Source: Candidatus Kaiserbacteria bacterium
Lineage (GTDB): Bacteria > Patescibacteriota > Minisyncoccia > Phycocordibacterales > Phycocordibacteraceae
Assembly (NCBI GenBank): GCA_023264445.1
Contig: JAHFMN010000001.1
Location: 177,878 to 241,877 of the forward strand
Direction of reading: 5' to 3'
Length of the DNA: 64,000 nt
Shown here: one piece after another, positions 8,443-17,495 of the stretch
Layout: each line of letters starts with the position of its first letter
How positions within the stretch are numbered: the stretch's first letter is position 1
Translations under genes and position numbers: made by a program
The notes under the pieces: generated by a model
The model's input: the letters and a program-made list of their open reading frames with translations, nothing else
Told to the model about the DNA's origin: nothing
Databases searched by the model: none

Positions 8443-10099
8443 GCCGCACGAGGCGGATGGTCTCAAAAGAGTGGCGGCCATTAAGGGCGTGAAAAATAGG
8501 AGAGAGGCGATCGCCGTTCTCGCTCGCGAGCGCCTCGTGTATCTCATCGATGATATCAAGCGGAATAAGATGAGCGAAGTCGGCGCGGACAAGCTTCCCT
8601 ATCTCGGCAAGCTCCTCCAGGTGCGTCACGATAGTTGAAGCGACAAGACCGCGCTGCTTCGCTGCTTCTTTTAACGTTTTTGAATCCCGCACGGTTTGAA
8701 GCGTCTCGGCGAGACGACCGGGTAAACCAGCGGCAGATTTCCCCCTTGCCTTCTTCTGACTGTCGTCTGCCGCGTTCTCCATCCATGCGCCACCCATCGC
8801 CTTTACAAACTTTTTCTGCATCCCAATCACTTCAGCTTCCGGCATTGCCGCAAATGTCTCTTGCGCCGCCTCCGATGCCGCACGGAAATTCCTATCTTTC
8901 TCTAATATTTCTGGATGCACCTCAAGCGCTCGTTGATTAAGGCCTGTGAGATACACGCCCGAGAGTCGCCGCACGCGCGAAAGCGCGACATACCCCTGTC
9001 CATATTCAAATGCCTTTGAGAGGTCCATTATCGCTGCATCCATGCTCATCCCTTGGCTTTTGTGCACTGTCATCGCGTAGGCAAGCCGGAGTGGTATCTG
9101 GGAGATACTGGCTCTTACCTTGCCCTGTTCCTCGAGCTGCCACTCCATTGGCTCGGCAGTTATGGTCAATCCATTCTTCGCCTCGATAACTGGCATGCCA
9201 TCAGCTCCCCAACCGGCCACAACACCAAGTGTGCCGTTGACGAATTTCCCTTGCGGGGAATTCTTGGTGAACATCACTGCGGCACCTTCTTTAAGCTCCA
9301 ACACTTCAGGAGAGAGACAACCACGTTTGAGTCCCTCGCAGAGCGAATCCTTCCCTTTTGAACTCATCAGGAACTTCTTTGACTTCCCCGGAAGTTTCCC
9401 GAGTTCCGCGCTATTGATGCGGTCGACGTCGGCATTATGCGAGAAGAGTTTCGGTGCATCTGTGGGATGCGTTTCCGCTCCCACATGGCGTGCCATAAGC
9501 TCCTCATAATGCAGTTCTTCAACCTGCCCCGCGCGTATTGCGGAGAGTACATCGAGGAACGTCGCATCATCCTGCCGATACTGCTCGGTCAGATAGCATG
9601 TAATCAGATTCAAATCGCGCCAGACGCTCGATGCATAGGCGAACTCGACCGCGCGCGCTCGCGAGACCGGCGGCAATTGGAAGAAATCGCCCACCAGGAC
9701 CACCGTAAGTCCACCGAATGGTTTGTCGACGCGTCGCACCTCACGACAGACCGCATCCGCCATCTCGAAGGTCGCGGAGGAGAGCATTGAGATTTCCTCA
9801 ATAATAAGCACGCTTGCCTTAGCTATCCTGCGGGCGATGTGTTCCTTGCCCGCAATATGATCTACATCCGCTTTCGAGAGTGATTCGCTTATACCGATAC
9901 CACTCCATGAGTGGAGCGTCATGCCGCCGACGTGCGTTGCCGCGATACCGGTCGCCGCCGTCACTGATGGTTCAACACCGGAGGCACGGAGCCAGTCAAC
10001 AAAAGCATTTATGGTATGTGTCTTCCCACTCCCCGGCTCGCCGGTGAGGTAGACATTCGCACCAGTCTTCAATATCGTGAGCGCCTCTGCCTGCGTCAT
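8432..10099 (-). CDS. PIF1/RecD-family ATP-dependent DNA helicase with C-terminal HTH
   Basis: 555 aa. Walker A in LTGEPGSGKTH, plus VLVGDFFQLPPV and QSQGMS...D helicase motifs. C-terminal HTH-like region. Confidence 0.8.
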   Translation of the reverse strand: MTQAEALTILKTGANVYLTGEPGSGKTHTINAFVDWLRASGVEPSVTAATGIAATHVGGMTLHSWSGIGISESLSKADVDHIAGKEHIARRIAKASVLIIEEISMLSSATFEMADAVCREVRRVDKPFGGLTVVLVGDFFQLPPVSRARAVEFAYASSVWRDLNLITCYLTEQYRQDDATFLDVLSAIRAGQVEELHYEELMARHVGAETHPTDAPKLFSHNADVDRINSAELGKLPGKSKKFLMSSKGKDSLCEGLKRGCLSPEVLELKEGAAVMFTKNSPQGKFVNGTLGVVAGWGADGMPVIEAKNGLTITAEPMEWQLEEQGKVRASISQIPLRLAYAMTVHKSQGMSMDAAIMDLSKAFEYGQGYVALSRVRRLSGVYLTGLNQRALEVHPEILEKDRNFRAASEAAQETFAAMPEAEVIGMQKKFVKAMGGAWMENAADDSQKKARGKSAAGLPGRLAETLQTVRDSKTLKEAAKQRGLVASTIVTHLEELAEIGKLVRADFAHLIPLDIIDEIHEALASENGDRLSPIFHALNGRHSFETIRLVRLMR

Positions 10100-10142
10100 C
10101 CAGACACTCTAGCAGATGACGCTCTCCCTTCGCGAATGCTCG

Positions 10143-10412
10143 TTAGCCGCGATGCGTTCGATTCCAGATACGTGCGAAAACAAAGCCGATGACGTATCCT
10201 GCGACCGCCGTCATGATGACTAGTATCACCGCCGTACCGAAATCAAAGGACTGGACGGCGTATGACACCTTGATCATGTGCGCCCACATAGAGAAATTAG
10301 CGAGCGACTGCGCCCATCCAAACGCAACGAGAACCGCCCACACGAGGTGTAGAAGACCCATAAACGTACCGACGGCAAGTCCGGCCTTCGAAGGATTAAT
10401 ATGATGGTTCAT
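10143..10412 (-). CDS. small membrane protein (hypothetical)
   Basis: 89 aa with 2-3 predicted TM helices and coherent codon usage. Confidence 0.45.
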   Translation of the reverse strand: MNHHINPSKAGLAVGTFMGLLHLVWAVLVAFGWAQSLANFSMWAHMIKVSYAVQSFDFGTAVILVIMTAVAGYVIGFVFARIWNRTHRG

Positions 10413-10504
10413 GAACGGTTATTACTGTTTTATGACTAATACCGTCAAGTATAGCGTCCTGAGGAGACTCCCTAGAGTCTCGAGTGCATAACGAATAATG
10501 GGTT

Positions 10505-11164
10505 CTAGAGCTTCCCGACGAGATCAAGTCCGGGTTCGAGCGTATCCTCCCCAGGTTCCCAAGAAGCCGGGCACACCTGACCTTTGTGCGTCTCCACATA
10601 CTGCGCGGCCTGAAGCTTACGCAGCGTCTCCGCTCCCTTGCGACCGATGGAATTGTCGTTTATCTCCATCGAACGAAGAATGCCTGCTGGGTCAATGATG
10701 AAGGTGCCGCGGAGCGCGAGCCCTTCGTCTGGAGTGAATGCCGCTTCGCCGCCCTCAATGAGCACACCAAACGCGTACGCGAGCTTGCCGGAAGGATCTG
10801 CCGCCATCGGATACTTGATCTCCTTGATGCCTGCCGATGTATCGTGCCACGCCTTGTGCGTGAAGACCGTATCAGAAGAGACTGAAATGATTTCGGCATT
10901 CGCGGCCTGGAATTTCGGATAGAGCTTCGCAAGTTCTTCAAGCTCGGTCGGGCAGATGAACGTGAAGTCTGCAGGATAGAAGACCAGTACGACCCACTTC
11001 CCACGCAGCTTTGACAAGCTCATTGTCTGTATCTCTTCGGCGTGATAGGCCTCAAATTCAAAATCAGGCACCGTCTCCCCTACTTTCACTTGCGAGGTAT
11101 AGTCGCGCACCGCATCATGGAACTCGCCGCAATTTTCGCAATAGTTGCTTTTTGTTTCTTTCAT
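10505..11164 (-). CDS. 2-Cys peroxiredoxin (AhpC/TSA family) with short N-terminal CxxC extension
   Basis: FTFICPTE peroxidatic Cys motif and VCPASW resolving Cys. Start taken at MKETKSNYCENCGEF. The ORF could extend to 11200, but that would overlap the divergent miaA. Confidence 0.8.
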   Translation of the reverse strand: MKETKSNYCENCGEFHDAVRDYTSQVKVGETVPDFEFEAYHAEEIQTMSLSKLRGKWVVLVFYPADFTFICPTELEELAKLYPKFQAANAEIISVSSDTVFTHKAWHDTSAGIKEIKYPMAADPSGKLAYAFGVLIEGGEAAFTPDEGLALRGTFIIDPAGILRSMEINDNSIGRKGAETLRKLQAAQYVETHKGQVCPASWEPGEDTLEPGLDLVGKL

Positions 11165-11190
11165 AAGCGTTTTTGGATTACGTAGGGCAC

Positions 11191-12036
11191 ATGATACCAT
11201 CGCCGCTAATGCAAGTACAAATCCTCTGTATTGCCGGCCCTACTGCTTCTGGCAAGTCCTCTCGTGCCGTTCACGAGGCGCTTGCGCGGAGCGGCGAGGT
11301 TATTTCGGTCGACTCGCGGCAAGTATATCGCGGACTCGATATCGGTACCGAGAAGATTTCGCACGAAGAGATGCGGGGAATACCGCATCATCTCATTGAT
11401 ATCCGTGATCCGCAGGAGAACTATTCTGCCGGAGATTTCATAACTGATGCGAAGCGACTCATCGGCGAGATTATCGCTCGCGGCAAGCTGCCCATCCTCG
11501 TCGGGGGAACGCACTTTTATTTTGATGCGCTCCTGCATGGCCTCCCGATGATTGCAGAAGATCCTTTACTGCGAGAAAAGCTTGAAAAGCTTCCGACCGA
11601 GGAATTGTACGCGCGCATCCAAGAGATGGACGCACGCCGTGCGGCCGAGCTTGACCCGCAGAACCGGCGGCGACTCGTCCGCGCACTTGAGATTATCGAA
11701 ACGAAAGGAGAAGTTCCGGCTCGGACTCCGTCTGCGCCGGCATATGAAGCTGAATGGGTCATCATTGATCCCTCTCGCGAAGAACTGCGTGCGCGCATTG
11801 ACGCGCGGCTCACAAAAGCGCTTGAGCGCGGGCTCATAGACGAGGTGCGCCGTGTACGAGAAAAGGTCGGCGATATTCGCCTGAATGAGCTCGGGCTTGA
11901 ATACAAAATCGTCGGGGAATACCTGCGCGGAGAGCGCACCGAATCGTCCCTCCTCCCTACTCTTTCAGCGAAACTCTGGCAGTATGCGCGCCGCCAGAAA
12001 GCATGGCTCCGTAAATTAGGACATTCACTGTATTAA
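11191..12036 (+). CDS. miaA: tRNA dimethylallyltransferase
   Basis: GPTASGKS P-loop, VDSRQVYRGLDIGTEKI, and GGTHFYFDALLHGL. Start chosen at MIPSPLMQ; the ORF is open from 11173. Confidence 0.85.
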   Translation: MIPSPLMQVQILCIAGPTASGKSSRAVHEALARSGEVISVDSRQVYRGLDIGTEKISHEEMRGIPHHLIDIRDPQENYSAGDFITDAKRLIGEIIARGKLPILVGGTHFYFDALLHGLPMIAEDPLLREKLEKLPTEELYARIQEMDARRAAELDPQNRRRLVRALEIIETKGEVPARTPSAPAYEAEWVIIDPSREELRARIDARLTKALERGLIDEVRRVREKVGDIRLNELGLEYKIVGEYLRGERTESSLLPTLSAKLWQYARRQKAWLRKLGHSLY

Positions 12037-12969
12037 TCAGAACGAACAAGAAGACTGCACATAGATGTCCGTATGATTCCCCTCCCAAGTATAAATATTC
12101 CCACATCTATCCCTTACTTGTGATTGACCAAACGAAGGAGGATTGACGGATGCACTACCATTGGTTCCTAGAATGCAGGATATTACATTTTGACCGATAT
12201 CCACCTTTACTCCACTGCTGTGCGAACCTGCTCCTCCTTCACTTGAATGCCCCACTTCGGTACCGCCAGTAACAGTAGTTGCACCACATCTATTTTTTAC
12301 ATTAACGATTTGGGAAATTGTTGCGGCAGACATGCCTGCAAGAGAGGTACAACTACCATTATTTCGATCACAACAATTACCGCTTGATGACACATTGATC
12401 CCCGGCAGAACACTCGCGTATGAAGCTTGGCAGTCTGCTGTCGGTACTACTTGCACGCCCGGTGGAGGCGTTACAGCGGGAGCAAAACTTCCTGCAAGTG
12501 GAATACAGAGATTGCTTGGGTTGCCGGTGACAAGCTCTGACCATGTACCAAGCGTAGAGGTACCGATTGGGGCATTTGCGTTATACAGCGCTGCCATGAT
12601 GGCATCCACGATGAGCCAGCCCGCAAGAGCAATGACGATGCCGACAATGGTACTGGTAAGAATTCCCTTCGCTTTACTGATGCCGCCTGAATTCACTGGG
12701 TTCACGACAAATAGGAATCCGGAATAGGCGAGCATGAGTGGCATGACAAAGACGATGGCAAGCGTGATGAAAAGACTGATGATGTTGTTGATGACAATGA
12801 TGAGCATGGTCCAACTTGCGGCACACACATTCTGATTGGTGACAACGTCGTTAACGGTAATTTGTTCGTTTGGAATGATGGGGCCGAAAAACGGTATGCC
12901 CGCATGCGCAGCATGCGGCAATGCGAACGAGCCCGCTATGAATACAACGGCAAGGAGAGAAAAACGCAT
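12037..12969 (-). CDS. pilin-like (TrbC/VirB2 / T4SS-pilin-like) membrane protein with Cys-rich C-terminal ectodomain
   Basis: 310 aa. Signal peptide, then a two-helix hydrophobic core (IIVINNIISLFITLAIVFVMPLML...GILTSTIVGIVIALAGWLIVDAI) paralogous to the 23.7-26.1 kb array. A Cys-rich tail (NCCDRNNGSC...) follows. Confidence 0.6.
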   Translation of the reverse strand: MRFSLLAVVFIAGSFALPHAAHAGIPFFGPIIPNEQITVNDVVTNQNVCAASWTMLIIVINNIISLFITLAIVFVMPLMLAYSGFLFVVNPVNSGGISKAKGILTSTIVGIVIALAGWLIVDAIMAALYNANAPIGTSTLGTWSELVTGNPSNLCIPLAGSFAPAVTPPPGVQVVPTADCQASYASVLPGINVSSSGNCCDRNNGSCTSLAGMSAATISQIVNVKNRCGATTVTGGTEVGHSSEGGAGSHSSGVKVDIGQNVISCILGTNGSASVNPPSFGQSQVRDRCGNIYTWEGNHTDIYVQSSCSF

Positions 12970-13057
12970 GTTGATATCATACCGCCCTTCACTACGTTCA
13001 GGAGAGCTTTTCCCCGAGATATTAAAGAAACGGTTCTATGCCTGCTATAATGGGTTC

Positions 13058-13720
13058 ATGAAGAGAAAAGAAAGAATGCATGCAATCCAACTTCGTCACG
13101 AAGGAATGACTTTGAATGAGATCACTGCGCGTGTCGGAGTTGCGAAAAGTTCTGTCTCACTCTGGGTTCGTGACCTCTCTCTTTCGCCTAAAGCTCGTGC
13201 CCGCATCATGAGTCTTCAAACAGCTGGCCAGAAAGCCGCACAAAAGACCAATGTTGAAAAGACGAGAACGAAACTTTCGGCTGCAAAAAATGAGGCGCAC
13301 GAGATGATTCAAACGCTGGATGTAACTCCCAATCTTGCACTTCTGTCCTGCGCATTACTTTACTGGTGCGAGGGAGAGAAAGACAAGAATGATACCACTT
13401 TCACATTTTCTAATTCCGATGCCCAATTAATACGGGCATTTATGAGACTGATGCGGTGCGCACTTGAGTTAGATGAACGGAAATTTAGAGTCCGAATGCA
13501 CCTCCACGAATACCACAATCAGACCCTGCAGAGAAAATTCTGGTCAGACGTAACCGGTATTCCGGAACAGCAATTCTCAAAAACTTATTGGAAACCGCAT
13601 ACAGCAAAAACAATAAAGAATGAATACCCTGGGTGCATACACATTGAATATTATGATGTGATAATCGCCCGAAAGATATATGCAACGGCACGAGCTTTTT
13701 TTGAGAATGTGATAAAGTGA
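13058..13720 (+). CDS. HTH plus LAGLIDADG-like (homing-endonuclease-like) domain protein
   Basis: N-terminal HTH (MTLNEITARVGVAKSSVSLWVRD). The C-terminal LLYWCEGEKDKNDTTFTFSNSDAQLIRAFMRLM fits the LAGLIDADG block pattern (acidic G-x-G, then F.F...D..L). A TATAAT box at 13044-13049 sits 8 nt before the ATG. The ORF is open from 12836 but overlaps the upstream gene. Confidence 0.45.
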   Translation: MKRKERMHAIQLRHEGMTLNEITARVGVAKSSVSLWVRDLSLSPKARARIMSLQTAGQKAAQKTNVEKTRTKLSAAKNEAHEMIQTLDVTPNLALLSCALLYWCEGEKDKNDTTFTFSNSDAQLIRAFMRLMRCALELDERKFRVRMHLHEYHNQTLQRKFWSDVTGIPEQQFSKTYWKPHTAKTIKNEYPGCIHIEYYDVIIARKIYATARAFFENVIK

Positions 13721-13729
13721 ACGCGCAAA

Positions 13730-13800
13730 GGGCCCATAGTTCAATGGTAGAATGCGCGGCTCCAAACCGCGTGATCCCTGTTCGAGTCAGGGTGGGCCCG
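13730..13800 (+). tRNA. tRNA-Trp (anticodon CCA)
   Basis: Cloverleaf by hand: acceptor GGGCCCA/TGGGCCC, anticodon stem CGCGG/CCGCG, loop CTCCAAA, T-arm CCCTG-TTCGAGT-CAGGG. Confidence 0.85.
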
Positions 13801-13810
13801 CCGTCAAATC

Positions 13811-13835
13811 AAAAACCGCCGAAGGGCGGTTTTTG
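13811..13835. terminator. bidirectional rho-independent terminator
   Basis: aaaaccgcc-gaag-ggcggtttt. It lies between the tRNA-Trp 3' end (+) and the rpmG 3' end (-). Confidence 0.6.
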
Positions 13836-13836
13836 A

Positions 13837-13992
13837 TTACTTCTTCGTCTCCTTGAAAAGGACGCGCTTGCGCAAGGTGGGATCGAACTTCATGAGTTCG
13901 ATTTTGCGTTCGGTGGTCTTCCGATTCTTACGCGTCCAGACGACATGACTGGACTTCGTAGACTTGAGCCGGAGCAGGCGGTCTTGTGACAT
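13837..13992 (-). CDS. rpmG: 50S ribosomal protein L33 (non-zinc-binding form)
   Basis: Hand-translated 51 aa: MSQDRLLRLKSTKSSHVVWTRKNRKTTERKIELMKFDPTLRKRVLFKETKK. It matches the L33 C-terminal consensus (TKN.RN.P.RLEL.K(F/Y)(D/C)P...R.H.L.KE.K). Below the ORF-track length cutoff. Confidence 0.7.
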   Translation of the reverse strand: MSQDRLLRLKSTKSSHVVWTRKNRKTTERKIELMKFDPTLRKRVLFKETKK

Positions 13993-14019
13993 GCGACTAC
14001 CGTAGCAGAAATGCCGGAT

Positions 14020-16707
14020 TTAGGCAACGACGCTCTCTTTGGCGCTTGCGCGCGCCGTCCGCGGCGCGCGCTTCTTGGTAACCTCAAAATGCGGCTCATC
14101 ATTCTTGATTGAAACCGTGACCGTACCCCCTTCCATGACCCCTTGGGCAATCATGAGCGAGGCAAGCGGCGTGAGTATCTTGTCCTGTATCGTGCGGCGG
14201 AGCGGACGCGCGCCATATTGCGGGTTATATCCCTTGTCCGCGAGCCAGGTATGCACAGCAGGGTCTATAGAGAGCGCGATTCGCTTCTGCGAGAGACGCT
14301 TCATCACCTCCTCCACCTGCGTATCCACGATCTTGGCAAGCGCTTCTTTCGCGAGCACATCGAAGATGATGATGTCATCAAGGCGATTGAGGAACTCGGG
14401 GCGGAAGTGCTGTTTCAGGGCCTCCATGACCTTCTCCTTCGTCTCCTCATAGCGGGATGCATCGGTCGCGCCGGCCGAGCCGAAGCCAATATGCGCGAGT
14501 CGGTCGATGAACTCGCCGCCGATATTGCTCGTGAGAACGACAATCGTATTCTTGAAATTGACCTTGCGTCCTTTCCCGTCGGTAAGATGACCTGAGTCAA
14601 GTACTTGAAGCAGGATATTGAAGACTTCCGGATGCGCCTTCTCGATTTCGTCAAAAAGCACGACTGCGTACGGGCGGTGCCGGATGCGCTCGGTCAGCGA
14701 ACCCGACTCTTCATAGCCCACATAGCCGGGCGGCGCGCCGATGAGCTTTGCGACCGAGTGCTTCTCCATGAACTCGCTCATGTCCACACGCACGAGTGCA
14801 TCGGCATCATTGAACATGAACTCCGCGAGCTTCCTCGAGAGCTCGGTCTTCCCTACGCCGGTCGGACCGAGAAAGAGGAAGGAACCGATGGGGCGGTTCG
14901 GGTCTGAAATGCCGACGCGTGAGCGCTTCACAGCATCGGTCACCTTCTTCACCGCCGCATCCTGGCCGATAACGCTCTTCTTGAGCTCCTCCTCCATGCG
15001 CGCGAGCTTCGCCACCTCCTCCTCAAGCATTCTTGAGACAGGGATGCCCGTCCAACGCGAGACGACTTCGGCAATGTCCTGTTCGGCTACTTCCTCATTC
15101 AGCACGCGCCGCGACTTCTGGAGCGTCTTCAAGCGCTTCAGCTTCGTCTCCAAATCCTTCTGGATGTGCGGGATACGGCCATAGCGGATTTCCGCGACGG
15201 TGCCGAGGTCGGCGGCGGCTTCCGCATTGTCGGCCTGCACCTTGAGCGACTCAAGCTCTGTCTTGTTGGAGCGGATGCTCGTGAGCACTTCTTTTTCATT
15301 CTTCCACTTGAGCTCGAGCTCGCTCGTCTTTTCTTTCAAATCTGCGACTTCGCTATCAATGGCCTTGATGCGCTCTTTGATTTCCTTTCCATGCTCTCCC
15401 TCCACGTCTTTCTGAAGCGCCTGCTTCTCAATTTCTAAGCGACGTATCTTGCGATCAGTCTCTTCCAAGAGCGGCGGCTTGTTCTCAAGCGCGATGCGCA
15501 GTCCGCTCGCGGCCTCATCGATGAGGTCAATGGCTTTGTCTGGCAGAAAACGGTCGCTGATGTAGCGCGAGGAGAGCTCGACTGCGGCAACGATAGCGCC
15601 GTCGGTGATGCGTACGCCGTGATAGAGCTCATACTTGTCGCGAAGCCCGCGAAGTATGGCAATACCGTCTTCCACCGAAGGTTCGCGCACGAAGACCGAC
15701 TGGAAACGGCGCGTAAGCGCAGCATCCTTCTCGATGTACTTCTGATATTCCTTCAGCGTCGTTGCGCCGATGACGCGGATTTCTCCGCGCGAGAGCGCAG
15801 GCTTGAGCATATTTGAGGCGTCCAGTGAGCCCTCGGCGCCTCCGGCGCCGACGAGCGTGTGCAATTCGTCAACAAAGAGAATCACCTTCCCTTCCGCGCG
15901 TTCTACTTCCTTCATCACGTTCTTCATGCGCTCTTCAAATTCGCCACGGTATTTAGTGCCGGCAATCATGAGTCCGAGATCAAGCGAAAGCAATTCCTTT
16001 CCTTTCAGCGATTCTGGGACGTCGCCTGCCGCCATCCGTGCGGCCAGCCCTTCAGCGATAGCAGTCTTTCCCACGCCTGCTTCACCGATGAGCACCGGAT
16101 TGTTCTTCGTGCGCCGCGCAAGTATCTGGATAACGCGGTTGATTTCAAGATCGCGGCCGATGACTGGGTCAAGCTTATTCTCGGATGCGAGCTTCGTGAG
16201 GTTGCGAGCATACTTAGCAAGGGCACGGAAGCGCTTCGGCTCTGCGGTCTGACCATCTTTTGAGGTCTTGAGTTCCTTGAGTATGGCAAGTGCTGCATCA
16301 CGCCCGATGCCGAAACGCGCAAGGATATCGTTTGCAGGACCTGGATGTTCTATGACGGCGAGAAACAAATGCTCGGTGCCGACAAACGTGTCATTCATCC
16401 GCGCTGCAATCTTTCCGGACGCCTCAAGCGCCTGCGCGAGGTCCGGCGTGAGGTAGATCTGATAGGAAGGCGAGAGTACCGATGCGCTCTCGGGCGCCTC
16501 GAGGTTCTCCAGTACCGAGTCGGCAAGCATGATGGTGTCGACTTCCATGCGATCAAGCATGGAAAAGACGAGAGATTCTTCCTGAAGCACGAGTGCGGCA
16601 AGCAGGTGGAGCGGAGACACATGATTCTGCCCGCGCTCTATCGCGAGTTCGTGCGCTCTACGCACGGCTTCTTTTGCTTTGGTAGTGAAGTTATTGAAAG
16701 GAGGCAT
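14020..16707 (-). CDS. clpB: ATP-dependent chaperone ClpB
   Basis: 895 aa. Clp N domain, two AAA+ modules (GEAGVGKT, GPTGVGKT) and a long coiled-coil M-domain between NBD1 and NBD2. Confidence 0.9.
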   Translation of the reverse strand: MPPFNNFTTKAKEAVRRAHELAIERGQNHVSPLHLLAALVLQEESLVFSMLDRMEVDTIMLADSVLENLEAPESASVLSPSYQIYLTPDLAQALEASGKIAARMNDTFVGTEHLFLAVIEHPGPANDILARFGIGRDAALAILKELKTSKDGQTAEPKRFRALAKYARNLTKLASENKLDPVIGRDLEINRVIQILARRTKNNPVLIGEAGVGKTAIAEGLAARMAAGDVPESLKGKELLSLDLGLMIAGTKYRGEFEERMKNVMKEVERAEGKVILFVDELHTLVGAGGAEGSLDASNMLKPALSRGEIRVIGATTLKEYQKYIEKDAALTRRFQSVFVREPSVEDGIAILRGLRDKYELYHGVRITDGAIVAAVELSSRYISDRFLPDKAIDLIDEAASGLRIALENKPPLLEETDRKIRRLEIEKQALQKDVEGEHGKEIKERIKAIDSEVADLKEKTSELELKWKNEKEVLTSIRSNKTELESLKVQADNAEAAADLGTVAEIRYGRIPHIQKDLETKLKRLKTLQKSRRVLNEEVAEQDIAEVVSRWTGIPVSRMLEEEVAKLARMEEELKKSVIGQDAAVKKVTDAVKRSRVGISDPNRPIGSFLFLGPTGVGKTELSRKLAEFMFNDADALVRVDMSEFMEKHSVAKLIGAPPGYVGYEESGSLTERIRHRPYAVVLFDEIEKAHPEVFNILLQVLDSGHLTDGKGRKVNFKNTIVVLTSNIGGEFIDRLAHIGFGSAGATDASRYEETKEKVMEALKQHFRPEFLNRLDDIIIFDVLAKEALAKIVDTQVEEVMKRLSQKRIALSIDPAVHTWLADKGYNPQYGARPLRRTIQDKILTPLASLMIAQGVMEGGTVTVSIKNDEPHFEVTKKRAPRTARASAKESVVA

Positions 16708-16715
16708 GTGAATTA

Positions 16716-17483
16716 TTACTTCGCTGTACTGGTGGAAGTTGCAGTCGTCGAAGTTGCAGTAAGCAGCGCAGTTATCCTGTCCGTGCTGATGAGGAATCCG
16801 GCAATTCCACCGGCACCGATACCGATGAGATTGCCCGAGAGATCAACTGCCGCGCTTCCGGCGCCTATATCCGGCAGCGTGGTGAAGATGCCTTTTGAGC
16901 TTATGCGGGCGACAATGCCAGTCGCAGCGGAGCCGTCGGCAGTAATCGCAAGCGCGGTCGCGCCAAGGCGCAATTCGCCTGACGGTATAAGGATCGGCAC
17001 GCTCACCTTCGGCAATGCTGCGGTGTCTGAAAAACCATAGATCGTGATGCCACCGCCTTCGTGCGCAAGCGACGCAGGAATGTATGAGCCGTTGGAGAAT
17101 TCAATAAGCGCCTCTTTCGGCAACGCATCAAGCGCAGCGGTGGCGACCGCACGCGACTTGGGAAGATAGGTGCCGACAGTAATAGCTGGCGATGAAGTAC
17201 CGGTCGTCGCCGCATAGATGGCGACCGCCCGAGTTGCACCTGCTCCGATAGCTGCCGTCACGAGGTCTTGATTTGAAGGCGCGGGCGACTGAATGATCGA
17301 AGTTGGCGCAGCCGCGACAGTCTCGATGGTGTGCTCAACGACACGGTTCACCGTCTGCGTCACAAAAGCCGGCGCATGGTCAAGAAGCGAAACCGTAAGG
17401 ATACCCGTTGCAACCGAGGTCACAAAGTTCACGAGGATGGTGAGCAATATGAGCTGAGATTTTGACAGTTCCTCGATGTTCAT
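16716..17483 (-). CDS. membrane-anchored Ala/Gly/Thr-rich protein (hypothetical)
   Basis: 255 aa. N-terminal TM helix. Tightly packed between the cysteine desulfurase and clpB on the same strand. Confidence 0.5.
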   Translation of the reverse strand: MNIEELSKSQLILLTILVNFVTSVATGILTVSLLDHAPAFVTQTVNRVVEHTIETVAAAPTSIIQSPAPSNQDLVTAAIGAGATRAVAIYAATTGTSSPAITVGTYLPKSRAVATAALDALPKEALIEFSNGSYIPASLAHEGGGITIYGFSDTAALPKVSVPILIPSGELRLGATALAITADGSAATGIVARISSKGIFTTLPDIGAGSAAVDLSGNLIGIGAGGIAGFLISTDRITALLTATSTTATSTSTAK

Positions 17484-17495
17484 ATAGCTATGATG

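Noticed and set aside
16345-17040. 231-aa plus-strand ORF
   Set aside because: Overlaps the clpB 5' end and the downstream hypothetical gene on the opposite strand. No motif.
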